From the NCBI GenBank assembly GCA_035526925.1, contig DATLBL010000001.1, positions 11,602 through 75,601 of the forward strand: a stretch of 64,000 nt of DNA. Direction: 5' to 3'. Position 1 is the first letter of the stretch. Every line of letters begins with the position of its first letter. Source of the stretch: Gemmatimonadales bacterium (lineage in GTDB: Bacteria > Gemmatimonadota > Gemmatimonadetes > Gemmatimonadales > GWC2-71-9). The translations under genes were made by a program, and so were the position numbers. The notes beneath the pieces are model-generated. The model was not told the DNA's origin. It saw only the letters and a program-made list of their open reading frames with translations, and did not search any database. Positions 1-8,164 of this stretch are shown here, in pieces.

Positions 1-2
1 CG

Positions 3-2234
3 TTGCTCGACTCGGGCGAGGCTGCCGGATTGCTCTATTCCGTGATGCCGTTCGTGGACGGGGAGAGCCTGCGCGAACGGCTGCTTGACGAGCGGCTGCC
101 GATCTCCGAGGCGCTGCTCCTGGGTCGCGAGATCACCGAGGCGCTCGAGTATGCCCATCGACGCGGGATCATCCACCGCGACGTCAAGCCGGAAAACATC
201 CTGCTGTCCGGCTGCCCGCCGCCGGATCAGCGCGCATCCGGGGGATGTCACGCCATCGTTGCCGACTTCGGGATCGCCCGGGCGATCGGGCTCGCGAGCG
301 GCAATTCCCTGACGGCGCGAGGACTCCCGATCGGCACCGCCGCGTACATGAGCCCGGAGCAGGCTCAGGGTGACGGTGGGGGCGATCCGCGGAGCGACGT
401 GTACAGCGCGGGCTGCGTGCTGTACGAGATGCTCACCGGCAGGATGGCATTCGGCGGAGCCAACCTGCGCGAGGTGTTGACCAAGCAGGCGTCCGGCCAT
501 CCGACGCCGATCGCCGAGCTTCGCCCGGAGGTCTCGCCGCACGTGAAGGGCATCGTGGCGCGCGCGCTCGCGAAACGACCGGAGGACCGCTATGCCACCG
601 CGGGCGAGATGGCCGCGGACCTGCGTGCCGCGCTCGGCGAGCCCGCGCGCCTGAGCACTCCCGTCCCCGAGCTGCCTGCCTCCTGGCGCGAGTCCCCGTC
701 GGGCTCATCCACCTCGCGGTGGGGAACTGTCCTGCTTGTCGCCGCGGCCGCGGTGCTGGTGGCACTCGCCGCGACCCGGTTCTATGGCGACGCCCCCGCG
801 ACCAACTCGGGAGTGTTCGCGGTGCCGCGTGCCTCGGTCGCGGTGCTGCCGCTGACCACGAGCGGTACGAGCGTCGAGGACGAATACCTCAGCGCGGGAT
901 TGAGCGAGGAGATCACCGGACGGCTGCAGGAGCTCGAAGGTCTCAAGGTGATCGCCCCGTCCTCAGTGGCGGGGCTCAAGACGAAAAATATCTCCGCGCA
1001 GCAGATCGCGGAGACGCTGGGCGTCCGTCATCTGCTCGCAGGCTCGCTCGATCGCTCGGGTGAGCGAATCGAGGCTCAACTGCGACTCATTGACGCGCGC
1101 CGAGGCTCGGTTGTCTGGCGGCAAACCTACCGCATCGGAACCGCGGAGCTGCTGCAACTGCAGGACGTGATCGCGCGTGAGGTCGCCGGCGTCCTCATGC
1201 GCGGCAGCGGGAAGGCCCCGATGCCCGCCGCGCCGGTCCGGACCGCGAGGGTCCCCGCCTACGACGCGTATCTGAAGGGTATGTACTGGCTGGCGCGACG
1301 CACCCCCGAGGGACTTCGGCTCGCCCGCAGTGCGTTCGGGGAGGCGGTCGCCCTCGACCCCGACTACGCGCAGGCGCTGGCCGGGCTCGGCTCGGCCTAT
1401 ACCTATGCCGTCATCTACGGCTATCGTGACGAAGACGATCCGTACACCGATCTCGCGCGGGCGCTGCAGCTGGCTGAGCGCGCGGTGGCTCGCGACAGCA
1501 TGGCGGCCGAGGCTTGGCTCGCGCTGGCCGACGCACGCTCTATCGCATTCTATCCGGAGGACTCGGTGCGTTCGGACGTCCTTCGCGGACGTCGATTGAA
1601 GCCCAACTCGGCCGATATCCGTATGGGGTCCGCCTGGTCGCTGTTTCGTGCCGGGCAGAACGATGCCGCCCTCGCCGAAGGCCGGCGCGCGCTCGCTCTG
1701 GATCCGGTGGCGCCCGGGATCCGCCACGCCCTCGTCGCGCTGGCGATCGGCGCGCGACGGTACGACGTCGCCCTCCGCGAGGTGCGTGCGGGGTCCGCCT
1801 CCTCCGGCGATCCGGTCTCCGCGGTTCTGGAAGCGTACGCGCAGCTGCTCGCCGGACAGCCCGCGCGTTGCGCCGAGCACGACCTGGGCCCCTGGGTCGC
1901 ACTGCGCGCGATGTGTCTGCACCAGGTCGGGCGGGTGGCCGAGGGCGTGGCACTCGCGGACTCGCTTGGCGCGGAGCTGGATGCCGAGCGCTACATGTTC
2001 CTGCACCAGTACGCTGACCTGGCGGCGTACTATGCGTGGCGTGGTGACGCGGGGCGGGCGGCGCACTGGATGGAGCGCTCCGTCGCGCACTCGCCCATGC
2101 TGCATCGGTGGCAATTGCAGTCGGGTCTGTTCGACAAGGTCCGGAACCGGTCCGAATTTCGGGACGGGCTCGAGCGCGCCCGCGCCCAGGCCGAAGATCG
2201 GCTGCGGGCGCGCCGCGCCGCCATCGGAGACTAG
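3..2234 (+). CDS. Ser/Thr protein kinase (5' end cut by the window edge) with a TM segment, a TolB-N-like module and C-terminal TPR-like repeats
   Basis: Hanks motifs HRDVKPENILL, DFGIA and YMSPEQ. Hydrophobic segment WGTVLLVAAAAVLVALAA. Helical-repeat C-terminal half. Stop at 2232-2234. Confidence 0.85.
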   Translation: MLDSGEAAGLLYSVMPFVDGESLRERLLDERLPISEALLLGREITEALEYAHRRGIIHRDVKPENILLSGCPPPDQRASGGCHAIVADFGIARAIGLASGNSLTARGLPIGTAAYMSPEQAQGDGGGDPRSDVYSAGCVLYEMLTGRMAFGGANLREVLTKQASGHPTPIAELRPEVSPHVKGIVARALAKRPEDRYATAGEMAADLRAALGEPARLSTPVPELPASWRESPSGSSTSRWGTVLLVAAAAVLVALAATRFYGDAPATNSGVFAVPRASVAVLPLTTSGTSVEDEYLSAGLSEEITGRLQELEGLKVIAPSSVAGLKTKNISAQQIAETLGVRHLLAGSLDRSGERIEAQLRLIDARRGSVVWRQTYRIGTAELLQLQDVIAREVAGVLMRGSGKAPMPAAPVRTARVPAYDAYLKGMYWLARRTPEGLRLARSAFGEAVALDPDYAQALAGLGSAYTYAVIYGYRDEDDPYTDLARALQLAERAVARDSMAAEAWLALADARSIAFYPEDSVRSDVLRGRRLKPNSADIRMGSAWSLFRAGQNDAALAEGRRALALDPVAPGIRHALVALAIGARRYDVALREVRAGSASSGDPVSAVLEAYAQLLAGQPARCAEHDLGPWVALRAMCLHQVGRVAEGVALADSLGAELDAERYMFLHQYADLAAYYAWRGDAGRAAHWMERSVAHSPMLHRWQLQSGLFDKVRNRSEFRDGLERARAQAEDRLRARRAAIGD

Positions 2235-2239
2235 CCGGC

Positions 2240-5200
2240 GTGTCGCCCTCCGCGGAATTCCGCTGTGATGTGCCCTCGGCAGACCTGCTCGCCGCGCTCG
2301 TCGCCGAGCCGCTGCCGCTGGGCCTCGTCGTCCGCCAGACCGCGCGCCACCTCTATCGCGACGTCTATGTGGATACCAGCGAGAACGCGCTCGCGGTGCG
2401 CGGCGTGGCCCTGCGCCTCCGGTACGGCGCAGATGACCGGAGGACCTTGACGCTCGGCGTGGCCGAAGCGGGAGCGCCGGTGTCGGGGCCGAGCGAGTTG
2501 TACGAGGCCGAGGTGGAGGGTGTCGGCCTGGCGGAGATCCTCTCGGGAGATTCCGGACCGGCGCGCCGTCTCCGGGGCCTCCTGGACCCCGCGCGGCTCG
2601 AGCCTCGATTCGAGCTCGAGATCGATCGCGTGGTCCGCGCGGCCTCGCGACCCTGGCGTCTGCCCGGCCGGTTCGCGTTCCTCTACGACCGCGTGACCGT
2701 ACGCAACGGAAGCCTCACCCGCGAGTTCCAGGAGCTGAAGGTGCGCCGGCTCGTTCGCGGTCGGCCGCGGCTGGAGGAGGTCTCCCGCGCGCTCGAGCAG
2801 GCCCACGGACTCCGTCCGCTGCTGCCGACGAAGATGGTGCGTGCGCGGACGCTGCTGCGACAGCTCGGACGCGAAAGCTTGATCCGGAATCTCGACTCGG
2901 GTCGCGCGGTCGCGGTGATCGCATTGGATGAGGGGCGCGTCGCCATGCTTCGCGATGCCGCAGGCCTCCGGCTTCCGTCGACGGCGGGCGCCGGGGAGCA
3001 TGCCGCGCGGCATGGGTTGACCGAGTGGTTCGGCACACGGGTGGCCGACCTCGTGCTCCTCGGCCGCACGCCGCCGAGCATCGACCAGCCGAGCTTGGAG
3101 GTGTGGCTGGCGCGCCGGCTGCGCCGCGGGCTGGAACCGGACGGCGGCCGCGGCATCCAGTGGGTGCCCGTCGCGGACGTAGCGCAGTCGGTTCGCACCT
3201 CCGCGCTGCGGGATGCCATGACGCTCGGGGCGTTCGGCGTAGCGGCCCGTTCCGCACTCGTGCCGGAGTGGTCGTCGCCCCGAGCTGCGCCCGCGGACCC
3301 TGCCGCAACGCCGCGGGGCGCGTCGGCCGGCGCGACCGGCGTGGAATTTCTCGATCCGCGCCTCAGCCTGCTCGAGTTCAACGCGCGAGTGCTGGCGGCC
3401 GCCGAGGATGCGCGTACGCCGCTGCTGGAGCGGCTGCGCTACCTCGCGATCCTGAGCGCCAACCTCGACGAGTTCTTCATGGCCCACGGCCGGGAGGCGG
3501 GGGTGGTGCGGGTGGAGGAGCTGCTGGCGCGCCAGCAGCTGTGCATCGCGGACTGTCTGGGTCGACTCGCGGATCAGGGTCACCGGCTCCGCACCTGGGC
3601 CAGTCTGAGCGAGACCGACCGCGAAGCGCTGCGCCTGCGCTTCCGGCGCGAGTTCTTCCCGACCCTCACGCCACGCGCCATCACGATGAGTCCTGGTCAC
3701 CCCTTTCCAACCATCCCCGCGCTGACGCTGTCGCTCGCGGTCACGCTCCAGGGCGACCAGACCGGCCCGCTCCACTTCGCGTACGTCCGGATCGCTTCGG
3801 CGCTGCCGCGATTCGTGGAGGTGGCCGGCAGCCGGGATCTGGTGCCGATCGAGGAAATCGTCGCTGCCAACCTCGGACTGCTGTATCCGGACCGTACGGT
3901 CGAGGAGGCTGCCGCTTTCCGGATCACTCGGAAGGGAGACCTCGAGCTCGAGGATGCCGCCGCGGGCGATCTGCTCCAGGCGGTCGAGGAGGAGCTGGAC
4001 CAGCGTGCAGTCAATCCGGTCGTGCGGCTGGAGATCCAGCAGGGAGCGTCGTCGCAGCTGCGGGAGATGCTGGTCCAGGAGCTTCGGTTCGATTCGGGAC
4101 GGGGCGGGGGCGTCGGCGACTTCGTCATTCAGGAGATTCCAGGCCTGATGGCGCCCGCCGATCTGCGCCAGCTCGCCACCCTCCCCGTGGCAGGTGGGGC
4201 GTTTCCACCCTTTGTCGGGCGCAGTGCGCTCGATCCTGATCGGCCGATTTGGGACCAGATTCGCGAGTGCGATCGACTCGTCCACCATCCGTACGACGAC
4301 TTTTCGACATCTGTGCTTCGCCTCCTCGAAGACGCGGCCTCCGATCCCGATGTGGTGGCGGTCAAGCTGACCTTGTACCGGACAGGCGAGGATTCGCCGG
4401 TGGTGCGGGCGCTCGTCGGTGCGGCGGAGGCAGGCAAGGAGGTCGCCGTCTTCGTCGAGCTCAAGGCGAGCTACGATGAGGCTCGCAACATCGCCTGGGT
4501 CAAGCGGCTCGAACGGGCGGGCGCGCAGGTCGTCTACGGGCTCGTCGGCCTCAAGAATCATGCGAAGGTGGCGCTCATCGTTCGCCGCGAGCACGGTGAG
4601 ATCCGGCGATACGCCCACATCGGCACCGGCAACTTCAACGCCGGCACCGCGCGCGTGTACACCGACCTGGGGCTGCTCACCGCCGATCCCGAAATCGGTG
4701 AGGATCTGGGCGATCTGTTCAACCAGCTGACCGGCACGAGTGGCGCGCCCGGTGCCGCGCTCCGTCACCTGCTCGTCGCGCCCGAGCACCTCCTGCCCGG
4801 CCTGCTGACGCGCATCGCGCGCGAAGCCGAGGCTGCGCGCGCCGGTGGCCGCGGAGTGATCCGCGCCAAGCTCAATGGATTGGACGACGAGACCGTCATC
4901 CGCGCGCTCTACGCCGCCTCGCAGGCCGGGGTCACGATCGATCTCGTGGTGCGCGGGCTGTGCACGCTCAAGCCCGGCGTCGAAGGCATGTCCGACCGGA
5001 TTCGCGTGCGCGGGCTAGTCGGACGATTCCTCGAGCACGCCCGCATCTTCCACTTTCACAACGGCGGGCAGGACGAATACTTCATCGGTTCCGCCGACTG
5101 GCGGTCGCGCAACCTTCGGCGCCGCGTCGAGGTGGCGGCGCCCGTCCGGGATCCCGAGTGCCGCCGCAGGCTGGACGGCATCCTCACCCGGGAAATCGCT

Positions 5201-5347
5201 GACCCTTCGGGGTGGGAGCTCGCTGCCGATGGAACCTATCGCCAGGCTCACGACGTTCCGATCGGTGACCCCACGACCTCACAGACGCAGGCTCAACGGT
5301 TTTCGTCCGGGCAGCAGCCGGCAGCGGAGGTGGTATGGACCGCGTGA
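2240..5347 (+). CDS. ppk: Polyphosphate kinase 1 with a ~365-aa N-terminal CYTH-like extension
   Basis: PPK1 hallmarks: FLDPRLSLLEFNARVL, LLERLRYLAILSANLDEFFM, GLKNHAKVALIVRRE and GRFLEHARIFHF. The N-terminus is CYTH-like (YRDVYVD, LRLRY, ELYEAEVEG, FQELKVRR). Start placed at the in-frame GTG at 2240, just after the upstream stop. The track start at 2108 overlaps the kinase gene. Confidence 0.88.
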   Translation: MSPSAEFRCDVPSADLLAALVAEPLPLGLVVRQTARHLYRDVYVDTSENALAVRGVALRLRYGADDRRTLTLGVAEAGAPVSGPSELYEAEVEGVGLAEILSGDSGPARRLRGLLDPARLEPRFELEIDRVVRAASRPWRLPGRFAFLYDRVTVRNGSLTREFQELKVRRLVRGRPRLEEVSRALEQAHGLRPLLPTKMVRARTLLRQLGRESLIRNLDSGRAVAVIALDEGRVAMLRDAAGLRLPSTAGAGEHAARHGLTEWFGTRVADLVLLGRTPPSIDQPSLEVWLARRLRRGLEPDGGRGIQWVPVADVAQSVRTSALRDAMTLGAFGVAARSALVPEWSSPRAAPADPAATPRGASAGATGVEFLDPRLSLLEFNARVLAAAEDARTPLLERLRYLAILSANLDEFFMAHGREAGVVRVEELLARQQLCIADCLGRLADQGHRLRTWASLSETDREALRLRFRREFFPTLTPRAITMSPGHPFPTIPALTLSLAVTLQGDQTGPLHFAYVRIASALPRFVEVAGSRDLVPIEEIVAANLGLLYPDRTVEEAAAFRITRKGDLELEDAAAGDLLQAVEEELDQRAVNPVVRLEIQQGASSQLREMLVQELRFDSGRGGGVGDFVIQEIPGLMAPADLRQLATLPVAGGAFPPFVGRSALDPDRPIWDQIRECDRLVHHPYDDFSTSVLRLLEDAASDPDVVAVKLTLYRTGEDSPVVRALVGAAEAGKEVAVFVELKASYDEARNIAWVKRLERAGAQVVYGLVGLKNHAKVALIVRREHGEIRRYAHIGTGNFNAGTARVYTDLGLLTADPEIGEDLGDLFNQLTGTSGAPGAALRHLLVAPEHLLPGLLTRIAREAEAARAGGRGVIRAKLNGLDDETVIRALYAASQAGVTIDLVVRGLCTLKPGVEGMSDRIRVRGLVGRFLEHARIFHFHNGGQDEYFIGSADWRSRNLRRRVEVAAPVRDPECRRRLDGILTREIADPSGWELAADGTYRQAHDVPIGDPTTSQTQAQRFSSGQQPAAEVVWTA

Positions 5348-7890
5348 TTCGCGTGGCTGGCGGGTGGGCGTGCGCGTTCGTGCTCGCCGCGACGCCGGCG
5401 CCTGCACAAGCTCCGGAGCAGGGGTCGACGCGTGACACCCTGATCACTCCCGGCGCCCGCTACGCGGCGGGCGGACTTCACACCCTGCTTTTCGGGAAAC
5501 ACTACCGCGAACTCTGGACGACGCCGATTCGCGTGGAGCTGCTCGACCTCGGCGGCTTTGCCGGCGGGCTGCGCCCGGTCCAGCGTGGCGGGGGCAAACA
5601 GACCCGCTCGCTGCGCCTCACCGGCGCGGACGGACGCGAGTATCAGTTTCGCTCGGTCGACAAGGACCCTTCCCCGTTGTTGCCGGAGCCGCTCCGCCGG
5701 ACCCTTGCGCAGCGCATCTTCCAGGACCAGATCAGTGCCGGCCACCCGGCCGGACCGCTGGTAGTAAGCCCGATGCTCAGCGCGGCTGGCGTCCTCCATT
5801 CAGAGCCTCGGCTCGTGTTGATGCCGGATGATCCTGCGCTGGGTGAGTTCCGGAGCGACTTTGCCGGCGTGCTCGGTACCATCGAGGAGCGTCAAACCGA
5901 CGAGGGGGCGGGGTTCGCCGGCGCTTCCAAAATCATTTCGACGGACGCGCTGTTCAAGCGGCTTGAAAACCATCAGGACGAGCGCGTGGACGCTCGGGCA
6001 TATCTCACGGCCCGGCTGGTGGACCTCCTGCTCGGAGACTGGGATCGGCATCAGGACCAGTGGCGCTGGGCCCAGCTGGGCGAGGGAGATTCGGTGCCGT
6101 GGACGCCGATACCGCGGGACCGTGACCAGGCATTCGCGCGATTCGATGGACTGCTCCTGAGCCTTGCCCGCTTGTCGGTCCCGCAGCTGATCGAATTCTC
6201 CCCTACCTATCCCAGCATGGTGGGCATCACGTGGAACGCCCGCGTGGTCGACCGGCGGCTGCTCACCGGCCTCGAACGCGGTGCGTGGGATTCCGCGGCT
6301 GCCGATCTGCAGAGTCGGATGACCGACGAAGTGATCGACGCCTCGGTCGAGCGGCTGCCTGCCGAACTGCGGAAAAAAAATGGCCCCTGGCTCGCCGCGG
6401 CGCTCAAGCAGCGGCGAGACCAGCTGCCAACCGCGGCCCGCCGCTTCTACCGGCTTCTGGCCGTCGAGGTCGAGGTACATGGAAGCGACAAGGCGGAGCG
6501 AGTCACAGCCGTGCACTCGGCCGACGGAACGCTCGACCTCACGATCTTTCCCGACAGACCGGACAATGCGGCGGCGCTGTATCGTCGGCGCTTCGACCGG
6601 GCCGACACGCGCGAAGTGCGTCTCTATCTGCAGGGCGGGAACGACGTGGTCAGCGTGGGGGGCGCCGGCGGCAGCGCGCCGCTGCTCAGGGTCGTGGGGG
6701 GCGGCGGCGACGACCGGGTCACCGACTCGTCGCGGGTGAGCCGCACCAGGTTCTATGACTCGCGCGGCACGTCCGTCACCAACGGTGTCCGACGGATACC
6801 GCTGGACGATCGCCCCTACCCGGACTTTCACCTGAGTGATTCGACACCGTATCCGCGGCGCGACTGGGGTGGCTTCTGGCGTTTCCGCCCCTGGGTGAGC
6901 TCGGCTCCGGACGTCGGGCTGTTCGTCGGCGGCGGCGTGGTGCGCTACAACTTCGGCTTCCGCAAGCAACCTTTCCGGTCCAAGCTCGCGCTTCGGGGTG
7001 GCTACGCGACGGGCGCGCGGCGCTTCCGAGGTGAATTCCTGGGTGAATTTCGCCGAGTCAATTCGCAGGTGCGCACCTCGCTGCTGCTCCGGGCCTCGGG
7101 GATCGAGGTCATCCGGTTCTTCGGCTTCGGCAACGACACGCCTCGCCTGGTAGACGATGACGCGTTCTATCGTGTCCCACAGGAGCAATATCTCGTGGCG
7201 CCGTCGATCGCGTTTCCGGTCGGAGCTCGGGGTTCGCTCAGCCTCGGCCCCGTACTCAAGTTCACGGACACGGATCTCGAGCCCGGCCGCTTCATCGCCC
7301 TGTCGGCGCCGCCGGGTACGGGATCGTTCGGACAGGTGGGCGGGACGGCGGCCTTGGAGTGGGACTCGCGCGACCATCCGGTCGCGCGCCGCGGCGTCCA
7401 TCTGCTCGCAGGTGGCAGCGTCTACCCGGCCATCTGGGACGTGGAAAGCGCCTTCGGCGAAGTGCACGCAGAAGCCGCAACGTACCTGACGCCGCACACC
7501 TCGTTCGGACCGACGCTGGCGCTCCGGGCCGGCGCGAAGAAGGTCCTCGGCGACTTTCCCTTCTTCGAGTCGGCGTTCATCGGGGGCGCGTCGACGGTCC
7601 GCGGCCTTCGAGAGCAGCGATATGCCGGCGAGGCATCGCTCTCCGGCAGCGCCGAGCTTCGGCTCCGACTCGGGAAGTTCTACGTCGTCCTCCCGGGAGA
7701 TTACGGGGTATTCGGCATCGCGGACGTGGGGCGCGTATATCTGGATGGTGAGACGTCGGATACCTGGCACTCCGGGTTCGGCGGCGGTCTCTGGCTGGCG
7801 TTCCTCGAGCCGGGAAATACGCTCTCACTGTCGGTCGTCCGTGGCGACGAGCGCACCGCCCTGTATTTCAAGGCAGGATTCGGGTACTGA
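5335..7890 (+). CDS. Secreted outer-membrane protein: unassigned N-terminal domain plus C-terminal Omp85/surface-antigen-type beta-barrel
   Basis: Signal-peptide-like MDRVIRVAGGWACAFVLAATPAPAQA. GGAGG at 5326-5330 lies 4 nt before the ATG. The barrel-like C-terminus (IGGASTVRGL..., GFGGGLWLAF) ends in an aromatic residue (YFKAGFGY). Confidence 0.75.
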   Translation: MDRVIRVAGGWACAFVLAATPAPAQAPEQGSTRDTLITPGARYAAGGLHTLLFGKHYRELWTTPIRVELLDLGGFAGGLRPVQRGGGKQTRSLRLTGADGREYQFRSVDKDPSPLLPEPLRRTLAQRIFQDQISAGHPAGPLVVSPMLSAAGVLHSEPRLVLMPDDPALGEFRSDFAGVLGTIEERQTDEGAGFAGASKIISTDALFKRLENHQDERVDARAYLTARLVDLLLGDWDRHQDQWRWAQLGEGDSVPWTPIPRDRDQAFARFDGLLLSLARLSVPQLIEFSPTYPSMVGITWNARVVDRRLLTGLERGAWDSAAADLQSRMTDEVIDASVERLPAELRKKNGPWLAAALKQRRDQLPTAARRFYRLLAVEVEVHGSDKAERVTAVHSADGTLDLTIFPDRPDNAAALYRRRFDRADTREVRLYLQGGNDVVSVGGAGGSAPLLRVVGGGGDDRVTDSSRVSRTRFYDSRGTSVTNGVRRIPLDDRPYPDFHLSDSTPYPRRDWGGFWRFRPWVSSAPDVGLFVGGGVVRYNFGFRKQPFRSKLALRGGYATGARRFRGEFLGEFRRVNSQVRTSLLLRASGIEVIRFFGFGNDTPRLVDDDAFYRVPQEQYLVAPSIAFPVGARGSLSLGPVLKFTDTDLEPGRFIALSAPPGTGSFGQVGGTAALEWDSRDHPVARRGVHLLAGGSVYPAIWDVESAFGEVHAEAATYLTPHTSFGPTLALRAGAKKVLGDFPFFESAFIGGASTVRGLREQRYAGEASLSGSAELRLRLGKFYVVLPGDYGVFGIADVGRVYLDGETSDTWHSGFGGGLWLAFLEPGNTLSLSVVRGDERTALYFKAGFGY
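6373..6380 (+). repeat. A8 homopolymer inside the outer-membrane protein CDS
   Basis: Read directly: cgg aaa aaa aat (R-K-K-N). AAA Lys codons and an 8-nt A run stand out against the surrounding GC-rich coding sequence. Confidence 0.9.
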
Positions 7891-8164
7891 GCCGACGGGC
7901 GCGTCGTTGCGCAAACGAGCGTTGCGCTGCACCTTACACCGCCCCCCCTGTCCCAGGTGCCGTCGTGTCAGCCAGCAAGCACACCACCCCCGAGACGAGG
8001 CCCGACCCTCGTGCGGGACGTCGTGCGTCCGCCCCCGTGCACCCACACGCTCGAGCCCACTTCCGTCAATCGTCCGCGCTGAACACCACCGAGCGCTGCC
8101 CGGGCGCACGAACGGCCGTAGTACCCGCAGGCTGGCAGGGCGTCGCCAGGGCGAAAGATCACCA

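Noticed and set aside
2231-4789. 852-aa minus-strand ORF antisense to ppk
   Set aside because: It lies entirely inside a + strand gene with unmistakable PPK1 motifs. The translation is Arg/Pro/Gly/Ala-rich with no recognisable domain. This is typical of open antisense frames in GC3-rich genes.
7622-8164. N-terminal extension of the histidine-kinase ORF back to 7622
   Set aside because: It overlaps the 3' end of the OMP gene in another frame and then runs through the intergenic gap. The sequence is Arg/Ser/Pro-rich. The membrane domain starts just after ATG 8165.
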